From positions 5,607,966 to 5,671,965 of the forward strand of contig OZ252299.1 of the NCBI GenBank assembly GCA_965250285.1: DNA of 64,000 bases. Direction: 5' to 3'. The DNA is from Myxococcota bacterium (GTDB lineage Bacteria; Myxococcota_A; UBA9160; UBA4427). A program made the position numbers and the translations under genes. A model generated the notes under the pieces. The model saw nothing but the letters and a program-made list of their open reading frames with translations. It made no database searches and was not told the origin of the DNA. Of this stretch, positions 1 through 8,981 are shown piece after piece. Within the stretch, counting starts at the first letter, position 1. Each line of letters begins with the position of its first letter.

Positions 1-189
1 CGGGTCGACGACGACGAGCTGAGTGTCGATGGCGCGCGGCGCGGTGATCCATGGGCCGGGGCCGCCCACGAGAAAGGGCACCTCGGCCGAGAAGAACAGC
101 GCGTGCGCGAAGACGCCGATGAGCACCGCGCCGCTCGCGAGCAGCGCGATTCGAAGCCATCGGCCGAGCGCGGCTGCGTCGGAGCTCAC
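1..189 (-). CDS. membrane protein, N-terminal fragment (continues past left edge)
   Basis: My own reverse-strand translation from GTG 189-187 reads VSSDAAALGRWLRIALLASGAVLIGVFAHALFFSAEVPFLVGGPGPWITAPRAIDTQLVVVDP. It is open to base 1, has G/C-rich third positions and a hydrophobic helix. The GTG overlaps the TGA of the upstream GT2 gene (GTGA). It is absent from the ORF track because it is truncated. Confidence 0.4.
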   Translation of the reverse strand, partial: MSSDAAALGRWLRIALLASGAVLIGVFAHALFFSAEVPFLVGGPGPWITAPRAIDTQLVVVDP

Positions 190-968
190 GCGGCGCCGGG
201 GCCGCCGGTCTTCGCAGCGTCGCCGCGCAGGTAGCGCGACCGGATGCGCCCAATCTCGGCGATCGCCCGAACGAAGTCGGTCGCACGCACCTTCGATCCG
301 GCGACGTCGACCCACTGGCGAAGTGCGAGCTCGTAGACCACCCGCTCGGGCGCCGGGCCGCCGTCGCGCTGCCGAATGCAGATCAGCCGCGCGAGCACCT
401 CGACGTCGAAGACCCAGTTCGAGACGAAGGGCTCGGCGAAGAGCTCGCGGGTCAGCGGGCCGCTCCTGAAGAGCTTCGCACCGCACTGGGTGTCGTAGAC
501 CGGCAGCGCGAGCACGACCGAAGCGACCGTGGCGAAGACGCGACCGAGATAGTGCCGCACCGGGCTGCGCACGATGCGGCGACCGAGCAGCGCGACGCGA
601 GCGCCGTAGACGACCTGCCGCTCGGGATCGGTCTCGAGGCACTCGATGAAGCGCGGGATCTCTTCGAGGGGCGTCGCCAGGTCGGCGTCGAAGTAGCCGA
701 CGTAGGCCGCATTCGAGTCGAGCGCCCGCTGTAGACCCTGCCGGACGGCCTCGGCCTTGCCGACGTTGCGCGGCAAGTCGAGCACGTCGATCTGGTTCGA
801 GGCCTGATCGGCGGTCTTCTCGAGCACCCGGAGCGTGTCGTCCGCGCTGCCGTCGTTGACGAGCAGGAACCCCACTTCGGGGTGCGCCTTCGCGAACGCG
901 ACGATCTCGTCGCCTGGCAGGCGCCGGGCTTCGTTGAAGCACGGGATCACGACGATGGTGCGGGGCAT
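186..968 (-). CDS. glycosyltransferase family 2, polyprenol-phosphate hexosyltransferase-like (ALG5 / Dol-P-Glc synthase type)
   Basis: Within ORF 186..1136. The conserved core starts at MPRTIVVIPCFNE (ATG 968). Motifs VNDGSADDT, YFDADLATP (DxD) and DTQCGAKLF are present. The upstream 56 codons look non-coding. Confidence 0.8.
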   Translation of the reverse strand: MPRTIVVIPCFNEARRLPGDEIVAFAKAHPEVGFLLVNDGSADDTLRVLEKTADQASNQIDVLDLPRNVGKAEAVRQGLQRALDSNAAYVGYFDADLATPLEEIPRFIECLETDPERQVVYGARVALLGRRIVRSPVRHYLGRVFATVASVVLALPVYDTQCGAKLFRSGPLTRELFAEPFVSNWVFDVEVLARLICIRQRDGGPAPERVVYELALRQWVDVAGSKVRATDFVRAIAEIGRIRSRYLRGDAAKTGGPGAA

Positions 969-1221
969 GACGCGGGCGAGTCTACCATTCCGCGCTGCGC
1001 TCCGGACGTGCGCGTCATGTGGGATACCCTCCCGATCGTGCGAGGTCGGCTCGACGCGCCGCCCCGACCCGGCTGGGCTCGATCCGCCACGCCCCCTCAA
1101 AAAAGGAAAACGAAGAGGAGCGCGATTGACCGGCATCGCCGAAGGCCCCTCGGAAGGGATCGAGTCGAATGGGGGCGAATCCCGAGCTGCCGGCGCGCTG
1201 CCGACCAGCTGCGTCGTCGCG

Positions 1222-2820
1222 ATGGGCCTCTGCCTGGTGCTCTTCGTCGTGGCTCAGTACGGCCGGCTCGGTCAGCCGCTGCTGTGGCAGGACGAGGGCG
1301 AGACCGCGATGTTCGGCCGCCGCGTCCTCGAGTTCGGCTACCCGAAGGTGCACGGCGCCGAGGGGGTGGTCTACGGCATGAGCGTGCCGATGCGCTTCGC
1401 CGTCGACGCCGAGAGCGATGCGTACACCGGCAGTCTCTGGGGCCAGTACTACTTCGCGGCGTTCGCCGTCGGGCTCTCCGATCTCGCGACCGGTGCGTCG
1501 ACACGGACGGCGCTCGTTCGGTTGCCTTTCGCGCTCGCCGGAACGGCCGGGCTTGCGCTCGTCTGGCTCGCCTACGCGCCGGCGTTCGGGCCCCCTCGGC
1601 GTCGCTTCGGCTTCTTCTGTGCGTGGTGGGTCGGTCTCGCGTGCTCGGTCTCGTTGCTGCTTCACCTGCGCGAGGTGCGGTACTACGCGCTCGTCATGCT
1701 GCTCGTCGGTTTCGCGCTGTGGCTGCGTCAGCGCGCGCGGGGCTGGACGCGACGCGTCGGTCTCGCGCTCGCCTTTTTCGCGCTGTTCAACGTCTTCTAT
1801 CCGGCCGCCGTCGCGTTGGCGGTCTGGCTCGTCTTCGAGGGCGTGTGGCCGCTGCGGCACAGCGAGGCGCGCTCGCCGGGCGCGATTCGCGCGGCGGCGC
1901 TCGAGTGGGCGCCGCTGGTCGCGGCTGCGGTTGCGCTGGTCCCCGTCGTCCTCTGGTTTCGAGTGCTTCCACTCTCCGAGCTGATGTCGGCGCGCTACCA
2001 GTTCGGTCTGACCGATTACGCGACGAACGTCGCGGTGGTGGCGCGTCATCTGGCCGAGCACGAGTGGCTGGTGGCGGCTGGCTTGCTTCGCGTGGCCGCC
2101 TGGCAGCTCGCCCGGGGCGTCGAGGGGCCGGCGCTCGCCGCTTCGCTGTGGAGGCTCGTCGCGGTGTGGGTGGCGATCGGTGCGCGCAACCCGATCTTCT
2201 TCGAGCGCTACTTCGTCGCGCTCGGTCCGCTGCTCCTGATGGCGGCGCTGCTCGACTTCGACCGCGTTCTGCGCGACGCCGTCACACGCGGGCGGGGCAT
2301 GCGTTTCGCCGTCTCGATCGCGGCGGTCTGTGTCGTCGGTTCGCTGCTGCTCAAGGCGCCGGCGCTGGCAGGTCGCGTCACCGAGCTGATCACACCGGTG
2401 CGGGGCCCGCTCGATGTCGCCATCGAGTGGGTCGACGCGCGCGCGTCCGGCGCGGCACCGCCCGTCGTCGCGACGAACTACGAGGCGGAGGTGTGGATGT
2501 TCTATCTCGGGGCCCCCGTCGTCGGGCGGTTTCACGCCGACACCGAGGCGGCGGCGCGCGACGAAGCGGCCGTGCGCGCCGACTTCGTCGTGCCGCGCAA
2601 GGGATATCCGCACACGGTCGAGCGGCTTCGCGTCTACCTCGAGCCCGGTGCGTTCGAGCGTCACGTGCTCGAGATCGCCGATCTGCCCTACAACACGATC
2701 CCCGAGCTGAGCAGCGGTCGCGTCCTCGCGCGCACTCATCCGTTCCGCACCGTCTCGCCTGCCCATGAGGGCGAGGCGCTCGAGATCTGGCAGCGTCTGT
2801 CGTTGGAGACCTCGCCGTGA
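1222..2820 (+). CDS. polytopic membrane protein, GT-C-type glycosyltransferase candidate (ArnT/PMT-like)
   Basis: Within ORF 835..2820. The first ~129 codons are antisense to the GT2 gene. ATG 1222 (alternative TTG 1126) precedes TM1 MGLCLVLFVVAQ, followed by an acidic first loop LWQDEGETAMFGRRVLEFGYP. There are many hydrophobic segments and then a soluble C-terminal domain. Confidence 0.55.
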   Translation: MGLCLVLFVVAQYGRLGQPLLWQDEGETAMFGRRVLEFGYPKVHGAEGVVYGMSVPMRFAVDAESDAYTGSLWGQYYFAAFAVGLSDLATGASTRTALVRLPFALAGTAGLALVWLAYAPAFGPPRRRFGFFCAWWVGLACSVSLLLHLREVRYYALVMLLVGFALWLRQRARGWTRRVGLALAFFALFNVFYPAAVALAVWLVFEGVWPLRHSEARSPGAIRAAALEWAPLVAAAVALVPVVLWFRVLPLSELMSARYQFGLTDYATNVAVVARHLAEHEWLVAAGLLRVAAWQLARGVEGPALAASLWRLVAVWVAIGARNPIFFERYFVALGPLLLMAALLDFDRVLRDAVTRGRGMRFAVSIAAVCVVGSLLLKAPALAGRVTELITPVRGPLDVAIEWVDARASGAAPPVVATNYEAEVWMFYLGAPVVGRFHADTEAAARDEAAVRADFVVPRKGYPHTVERLRVYLEPGAFERHVLEIADLPYNTIPELSSGRVLARTHPFRTVSPAHEGEALEIWQRLSLETSP

Positions 2821-4292
2821 TGCGTGTCCTCGGGCTGCTCGTCGCCTCGTCGTTGGCGCTCGCCTGCGGCGGCGATTCCGCAACCACACGATCGGGAGAG
2901 CCCCGCCACCTGGTGCTGATCAGCGTCGACACGCTGGGCGCGCGTCACGTCGGCGCCTACGGTCACACCCGCGATACCTCTCCTGCGATCGATGCGCTCG
3001 CGGCCCGTGGCGTGCTGTTCGAGAACGCGTACACGCAGCAGGTCTGGACGCTCACCGCGCACATCACGATGATGACGAGCCTACATCCCCAGGCGCACGG
3101 CGCATCGGAGCGTCGCGCCGCCTGGCCGGGTATCCCGACGTTGGCCGGGACGCTCGCCGACGCCGGCTTCGACACCGCGGCGTTCACGGGCGTCGGTGCC
3201 TACATGAACCCACGCTTCGGGCTCGGTCGGGGCTTCGATACGTACGACATCGGTCGAAGTCACGACGAGCGCGACGACAGCGTGCGGCTCGACTGGCTGC
3301 GCGCGCAGGCCGCCGCCGCCGCCGCCGACCCGACGCACCGCTTCTTTCTCTTCGCGCACTACTTCGACGTGCACTCCGACGTCGGCACCGACGTCCCCTA
3401 TGTCGCGCCCGCCGAAGATGCCGAGCCCTATCTCGCCGAGGTGCTGGCCGAGGGCGAGACGTGGTCGCGCCGCGGCGACACCGATCTGCTGATCGAGCTC
3501 GAGAAGAGTGGCGAGGCGAGTGAGCGCGACCGCGCAGTGATCGGTGCGCTCTATGACGCCGGGGTCCGCTACACCGATCGAGAGGCGGTGGGTCGGCTGC
3601 TCCGGGCGATCGACGAGCTCGGGCTCGCCGAGTCGACGCTCGTCGTGCTCACCTCGGATCACGGCGAAGAGATCTTCGAGCACGGCATGGTGAGTCATCA
3701 GCAACCCTACGACGAAACCGCACGCGTGCCGCTCGTGTTCGCCGGGCCAGGCATCCCGCAGAACGAGCGTTTTGGCGAACTGGTCGAGCTGGTCGACGTG
3801 ATGCCGACCGTGCTGTCGTTGCTCGACGTGACGCCGCCGATGGGCATGCAGGGGCGCGATCTCTCGCCGCTGTGGAAGGGCGGGGCGATCGACGCGCGCG
3901 CGGCGCACGTCGACGGACTCTTCGGGGGGCTCCCGCACATGAAGTGGCGCTACCCGAGCGCGATCACGCGCGTCGTCGATGGCGTACGGTACAGCTACGT
4001 CGGCAAGGTGCACGAAGAGAAACGAGAGGACGGCTCGCGGCGTTTCTTCATGTACACCGAGGGTGAGCTCTACGACCTCGACGCCGATCCCGCCCAGAGC
4101 CACGACCTCGCGGGCGAACGTCCGCTGCTCGCCGAGCGCATGCGCAAGAGTCTGCTCGGCTGGTACGACGTCAACGAGCGCGTGGCGCGGCGACTCGAGG
4201 GGCGTGCGCGGGCGGCGGGGCAGGAGGCCCGGGTGCCGGCACCGACCGACGACGAGGCCGATCAGCTCCGAGCGCTCGGTTACACCGAGTAG
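2817..4292 (+). CDS. sulfatase-fold (alkaline-phosphatase superfamily) lipoprotein, Thr at nucleophile position
   Basis: GTG 2817 overlaps the upstream stop (GTGA; alternative ATG 2820). Lipobox LALAC. Motifs ISVDTLGARH and TSDHGEEIFEHG are present. WTLTAHITMMTS stands where true sulfatases have C/S-x-P-x-R. The protein ends in LRALGYTE. Confidence 0.8.
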   Translation: MMRVLGLLVASSLALACGGDSATTRSGEPRHLVLISVDTLGARHVGAYGHTRDTSPAIDALAARGVLFENAYTQQVWTLTAHITMMTSLHPQAHGASERRAAWPGIPTLAGTLADAGFDTAAFTGVGAYMNPRFGLGRGFDTYDIGRSHDERDDSVRLDWLRAQAAAAAADPTHRFFLFAHYFDVHSDVGTDVPYVAPAEDAEPYLAEVLAEGETWSRRGDTDLLIELEKSGEASERDRAVIGALYDAGVRYTDREAVGRLLRAIDELGLAESTLVVLTSDHGEEIFEHGMVSHQQPYDETARVPLVFAGPGIPQNERFGELVELVDVMPTVLSLLDVTPPMGMQGRDLSPLWKGGAIDARAAHVDGLFGGLPHMKWRYPSAITRVVDGVRYSYVGKVHEEKREDGSRRFFMYTEGELYDLDADPAQSHDLAGERPLLAERMRKSLLGWYDVNERVARRLEGRARAAGQEARVPAPTDDEADQLRALGYTE

Positions 4293-4329
4293 GCGAGCTC
4301 GAAGCGCGGTGGTCGGCACCTGCTCGGGG

Positions 4330-5328
4330 CTACGTCGCTTCGGCCCTGCGTCCAGCAAGAAACGAGGCGAGCCCCAGCCCCGCCCAGCCGAGATTCACCA
4401 GGCCGGTCAGCAGGCCGAGGGCCAGGGCGGCTTCGGCCGGCATCCCCAATCGCCCGAGCAACGCGACGAAGAGCAGCTCACGCACGCCGGTGCCGCCGAT
4501 CGAGATCGGCAGCATGCTGGCGAGCGTCACGAAGGGCACGACCACAGCGAACCAGGGCACGGCGACGTCGCCTTCGAGGGGGCGAGCGAGGGCCCAGACG
4601 GCCACGACGGGCAGCGCCTGGCACGCCAACGACAGCGCGATTGCGAGTGAGGTGCGTCGCGTGTCGTCGCGCACGGCCGCGAGCCCTTCACCCGCTTCGA
4701 GCGCGAGTGTGCGCACGCGACCGAACCGGCGAGGCAGCCGGTCGAAGACGGCGCGCGCGAACCGTGCGGCCCGGGGATGCAGCAGGCTGAAGGGGCCGAA
4801 GGTGCAGACCGCAGCGAGCGATACGCCTGCCGCGAAGAGACCGCGCGGGAGGGCGTCGCTCGGCGCCCAGGGCGCACCGCACAGCGCGACGAGCCCGAGG
4901 GCCTGCAAGCCGAGCACGCGCTCGAGCGTCACGACCCCGAGCACGGCAGGCCCCTTGCGCAGTCGGTCGTGGCCCTGCCAGACGCGCCAGGCGTCGCCGA
5001 GCACGCCCCCGGGCAGCACCGTGTTGAAGAACGTGGCCTCGAAGAAGAGCCGCAGGGCCGATCCGAATCGCGTGGGCACGTGGGCTGCGCGCATCAGCAG
5101 GTGAAAGCGCAGCGCGGCGAGCGTGAGCGTCGCGCCGAAGAGCGCGAAGCCGACGCCGATCCACATGAGCGTCTCGTCGCGGGGTGCATCGAACGCGTCG
5201 AACGTCGCCGCCCAGGCGATGCCGCCCGCCGCGTCGCGCGGCAGGGCGATGTGAAACGACCAAGCGAGCAGCGCGAGGGCCGGGATCCCGCGCAGCGCGA
5301 GCCGCAGCCAGGCGCGTTGGGCGCTCAC
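4330..5328 (-). CDS. UPF0104 / lysyl-PG-synthase-TM-domain family (flippase-like) membrane protein
   Basis: 332 aa, hydrophobic throughout. Family-typical C-terminal signature MLPISIGGTGVRELLFVALLG. Confidence 0.6.
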   Translation of the reverse strand: MSAQRAWLRLALRGIPALALLAWSFHIALPRDAAGGIAWAATFDAFDAPRDETLMWIGVGFALFGATLTLAALRFHLLMRAAHVPTRFGSALRLFFEATFFNTVLPGGVLGDAWRVWQGHDRLRKGPAVLGVVTLERVLGLQALGLVALCGAPWAPSDALPRGLFAAGVSLAAVCTFGPFSLLHPRAARFARAVFDRLPRRFGRVRTLALEAGEGLAAVRDDTRRTSLAIALSLACQALPVVAVWALARPLEGDVAVPWFAVVVPFVTLASMLPISIGGTGVRELLFVALLGRLGMPAEAALALGLLTGLVNLGWAGLGLASFLAGRRAEAT

Positions 5329-5372
5329 GAACGCTCGCCCCCCGCCCGGGCGATCGGTGAACCCACGCGCGC

Positions 5373-6191
5373 TCAGTCCTCTTTCCGGATGCGGTGGGGG
5401 TTGCGCGTCGTGAGGAAGGGAAAGAGTCGACCGAGCAAATTCAGCACGAAGGCGTCGACCTTCATGAAGGCGCGCAGCATCGGGCGTTCGGGGCGCCCTG
5501 CGAAGCTCGTGACGTGGCTGTAGTCGACGCCCCCCGGTGGCCGCGCCGTGAAGTAGTAGTTCGAGACGCAGAGCCGGGGCGCGTCGCCGGTGATCTCGGC
5601 GACGCCGTGCCAGCTCGTGGCATGCGTCTCCATGATCGCGAGACGGTTGAAGCGAGCGGGGAGGAGCGTCGCTTCGCGCACCCCTTCGTCCCAGAGCTCG
5701 AGCTCGCCGCCGTCTCTTTCGCCGAGATCGGGCGACGCGTAGTAGAGCACGTTGATCGCGCGATAGAGTCGGTTGTCGCCGTCGTGCGAGTTGTCGAGGT
5801 GCGGGTTCAGAAAGTCGCCGCGCAGCATGACCGAGAGCCCCGAGGCGTAGAGCGTCGGATCGGCTTCGAGCCCCTCGAGATCGGTGATCGCTTCGACGGC
5901 GCGCCGAACCGACTCGGCCTGGAACGCGTACGTCACGTCGTTGACGATCGGCTGGTAGGCCGCGACGTCGACGCCCACGCGCTTGCGCTCACGCCAGGTG
6001 TTGCGCAGCCGGAGCGTACTTGCGTCGGGAAAGGCCGCGGCGACGGCGCGGGCCGTATCCTCGGGGATCAGATCGTCGATCGTCACGCAGCGAAACGGGG
6101 TCGAGGCGGCCCAGGCTTCGCGCAGCCGGTCGCGATCGGCGACGAGGCGCGCGGCGATGTGTTCGGCGAGTTCGCTCCGCGACCAGCTCAC
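5373..6191 (-). CDS. 2OG-Fe(II) oxygenase, prolyl-hydroxylase-like
   Basis: HLDNSHD ... SWHGV gives an HxD...H iron triad. The N-terminus FRCVTIDDLIPEDTARAVAAAFPD resembles Tpa1/OGFOD-type hydroxylases (from memory). Confidence 0.65.
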   Translation of the reverse strand: MSWSRSELAEHIAARLVADRDRLREAWAASTPFRCVTIDDLIPEDTARAVAAAFPDASTLRLRNTWRERKRVGVDVAAYQPIVNDVTYAFQAESVRRAVEAITDLEGLEADPTLYASGLSVMLRGDFLNPHLDNSHDGDNRLYRAINVLYYASPDLGERDGGELELWDEGVREATLLPARFNRLAIMETHATSWHGVAEITGDAPRLCVSNYYFTARPPGGVDYSHVTSFAGRPERPMLRAFMKVDAFVLNLLGRLFPFLTTRNPHRIRKED

Positions 6192-6255
6192 ATGAGCCTC
6201 CGCTCGTGTCGGCGCACGGGTCGGCGCGATGTCGGCGTGCGCATCGGCTTCGGGG

Positions 6256-7380
6256 TCAACGCAGCAGCAGATCCTGGGCCAGGCTCTTCATGCCGTACCC
6301 ATAGTGAGTGTAGTGGCCGCGCACGGCTTCGCGCAGGATCGGACCGAGTCGGGCGATGAAGCCCGCCGGCAGCGCGTCGCGCACGCGTGAGTGCTCGACC
6401 TTGGCTTCGATGTGGCGGCGCAGCGCGGGGTCGACCTCGAACTCGGGGTGGGCGTCGAGGCGTCGACCGGCCTCGCCGAAGAGCTGGGCGGCGTGGTCGA
6501 AGGCGCGTTCGCTGATCTGCCCCCTCGCCTTCTCGATCTGCGCGCGCAGATCGAGCAGCGCGAGGCCGAACTGGTTGTCGGCGTGCAGGCGGTACTCGAC
6601 GAGGTCTTCGTCGAGGATGTCGAAGCCCGAGACCGCGGCCACCATGAACGCGACCCATGCGTCGTGCACGCTGCGCAGACGCGGGAAGGGCAGGACGAGC
6701 GGCAGATAGCGACCGCGAAAGGCGAACGTGTTGCCCGCGGCGACGACGTGGCGCATGAAGACGCGTGCGGCCTCGCCGCGATGCACCATGCGCTGCTCGC
6801 CCGCGTGAAAGCCCTGGGCGCGCCAGAGGTCGTAGCCGAGGGGTCGGCGGTCGTCGTCGACGACGCCGCCGTTGCAGAAGAGACCTCCCGTCTCGGGATG
6901 CGCGTCGAAGTGCGCGACCATGCGCTCGATCTTCGTCGGCCTCCAGACGTCGTCCTGGTCGGCGAAGAACACGATGTCGCGGTCGCAGCGGCCGATGGCG
7001 CGCTCGAAGTTGACGGTGGTTCGCGCGCGCTCCGTATTGCGCACGAGCTGCACTTCGAAGGGGGCATCGGCGGCGAAGCGCTCGACGCGCTCGCAGGTGT
7101 CGTCGCCCGAGACGTCGTCGCTCACGATGAGCTGGTCGGGCGGGCGCGTCTGTCTCGCCAGGCTCTCGAGCTGCTCGTCGATGAAGCGTGCGCCCTCGAA
7201 CGTCGCCATCGCCACCGAGACGGACGTTCGGTCGGCGGGCGATTCGGGACGTGCGTCTCGCGCTTCGGCTGCGATCGTCCTGTCTCCGTGACGTCGACGA
7301 CGAGGCGTCGCATCGGGTTCGCTCGCGCGCCGCTCCCAGGCGTTCGCCGCGCAGTGCGTGCCACCGCGCCGGGCGAGCAT
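6256..7380 (-). CDS. glycosyltransferase family 2 (rhamnosyl/hexosyl-transferase type)
   Basis: VSVAMATFEGARFIDEQLESLARQT, LIVSDDVSGDDT, FFADQDDVW (DxD). The start is uncertain: ATG at 7380, 7416 or 7479. The N-terminal ~50 aa are low-complexity. Confidence 0.7.
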   Translation of the reverse strand: MLARRGGTHCAANAWERRASEPDATPRRRRHGDRTIAAEARDARPESPADRTSVSVAMATFEGARFIDEQLESLARQTRPPDQLIVSDDVSGDDTCERVERFAADAPFEVQLVRNTERARTTVNFERAIGRCDRDIVFFADQDDVWRPTKIERMVAHFDAHPETGGLFCNGGVVDDDRRPLGYDLWRAQGFHAGEQRMVHRGEAARVFMRHVVAAGNTFAFRGRYLPLVLPFPRLRSVHDAWVAFMVAAVSGFDILDEDLVEYRLHADNQFGLALLDLRAQIEKARGQISERAFDHAAQLFGEAGRRLDAHPEFEVDPALRRHIEAKVEHSRVRDALPAGFIARLGPILREAVRGHYTHYGYGMKSLAQDLLLR

Positions 7381-7450
7381 AGAAGAAGCGCGAACGTGCG
7401 AGCCATGCTTCGACATGGCCCGCCGCGCTGCCGCTCGGTACCCTGCCGCC

Positions 7451-8926
7451 ATGCCCGGCCCCACTGCGCGACGCCGCATTCAGCGAATTGCGCGCGAGCT
7501 GCGCATTCGGGCCCGCGAGGCCGCGACGCTCTGCGCGCTGGCTTGCGTCGTCGTCGCCTGCGGCGAGGCCCCCGAAGCGACTCGGGCCCGCGATCCACGC
7601 CCCAACATCCTGATGATCTCGCTCGATACGACCCGGGCCGACCACCTCTCGGCCTACGGCTACGAGCGCGAGACCAGCCCGCGGCTCGCGGCCCTCGCGG
7701 CCGAGGGCGTGCGCTTCGACGCCGCATATGCGCCGTCGGCGACGACCGGGCCGACGCATGCGAGTCTGTTCACAGGCCTGGCCCCGATGGCCCACGACGT
7801 GCGCAAGAACGGCCAGCGACTCGCATCGACGCTGCCCACCCTCGCGGGCGTGCTCTCGGCGGCCGGATTCGAGACCGCCGGTGTGATCAGCTCGTTCGTC
7901 CTCTCCGAGCGCTTCGGTTTCGCGAGCGGCTTCGACGTGTGGAACGAAGACTTCTCGCAGGCGACGGCGCCCGAAGGGGTGACCGTCTGGGAAGGGCTCG
8001 AGGTCGAGGGGAAGTTCTACGGCAGCGCCGAAGACACGACGCGGCGCGCGCTGGCGTGGCTCGACGCGCGCGTCCATCCCGAGCGCCCTTTCTTTCTGCT
8101 GGTGCACTACTTCGACCCGCACGACCCGTACACGCCGCCCCCCGGCTACCGTCCGCCCTTCGATCCCGGGCCCAAGGCGGCGCTGAAGCAGGTTCGCACC
8201 GTCTTTCTCTACGATCTGCTGCTGGCGTACACCGACGAGCAGATGGGGCGACTGCTCGATGGCCTCGCCGAGCGCGGCCTCGATGCCGACACGCTCGTCG
8301 TCGTGGTGGGCGACCACGGTGAAGGGCTGATGGACCACGGGCACCCGTTTCACGGCGCGCAGATCTACGAAGAAGCGGTGCGGATCCCGTTCGTCGCGCG
8401 CTGGCCGGGCCGCATCGAGCCGGGCGGCGAGATCGCCGAGCCCGTTGCGCTGGTCGATCTGCCCTCGGTGCTGCTCGAGGCTGCCGGCGCGTCGAGCCGC
8501 GCGCTCACGGGGGCATCGCGCGGTCCGCTCGGCGAGCTCCTGACCCGGACCGACCCCGGCGACGAAGCAGGCGAGACCCCGGTCTTTCTCTACCGCCGCC
8601 ACTACGAGCCGGCCGATCTGACCGACACGGTCTCGGTCGCGGGCGAGCAGCTCGGCGTGCGCCTCGGTCGTTGGAAGCTGATTCGCGCGCCCGAGGAGGG
8701 TCGCCTCGAGCTGTACGACCTCGCGGTCGATCCGGGCGAGTCGAAGAACGTGGCCGACGAACATCCCGAACGTGTCGCCGCCCTGGGCGCGCTGCTGGAC
8801 GACTGGAGCGCCGATGCGGACCGCGTGCGCGAGACGTGGCGGCGCGCTTCGGGGGACGCGCGCGGTGAGCACGATCTCGACCCCGAAGAGCGCGCGCGGC
8901 TGGAGGCGCTCGGCTATGTCGAGTAG
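7451..8926 (+). CDS. sulfatase-fold lipoprotein, Thr at nucleophile position
   Basis: Within ORF 7358..8926; ATG 7451 (alternative 7415). Lipobox VVVAC. Motifs ISLDTTRADH and VGDHGEGLMDHG. SATTGPTHASLFTG stands in place of CxPxR. The protein ends in LEALGYVE. Confidence 0.8.
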   Translation: MPGPTARRRIQRIARELRIRAREAATLCALACVVVACGEAPEATRARDPRPNILMISLDTTRADHLSAYGYERETSPRLAALAAEGVRFDAAYAPSATTGPTHASLFTGLAPMAHDVRKNGQRLASTLPTLAGVLSAAGFETAGVISSFVLSERFGFASGFDVWNEDFSQATAPEGVTVWEGLEVEGKFYGSAEDTTRRALAWLDARVHPERPFFLLVHYFDPHDPYTPPPGYRPPFDPGPKAALKQVRTVFLYDLLLAYTDEQMGRLLDGLAERGLDADTLVVVVGDHGEGLMDHGHPFHGAQIYEEAVRIPFVARWPGRIEPGGEIAEPVALVDLPSVLLEAAGASSRALTGASRGPLGELLTRTDPGDEAGETPVFLYRRHYEPADLTDTVSVAGEQLGVRLGRWKLIRAPEEGRLELYDLAVDPGESKNVADEHPERVAALGALLDDWSADADRVRETWRRASGDARGEHDLDPEERARLEALGYVE

Positions 8927-8981
8927 AGCGGGGTCGAGTAACCGAGGGGCGAGTAGCGGAGGGTCGATCCGCGCGGGTTCG

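Noticed and set aside
23-469. 148-aa plus-strand ORF at the left edge.
   Set aside because: It is an extreme Arg/Ala/Pro/Ser composition and lies antisense to the GT2 gene and to the partial membrane-protein gene.
2817-4292. Annotating the four sulfatase-fold genes as true (aryl)sulfatases.
   Set aside because: None has the C/S-x-P-x-R FGly motif, and I saw no FGly-generating enzyme or anSME-like gene in the window. I call them sulfatase-fold hydrolase/transferase instead.
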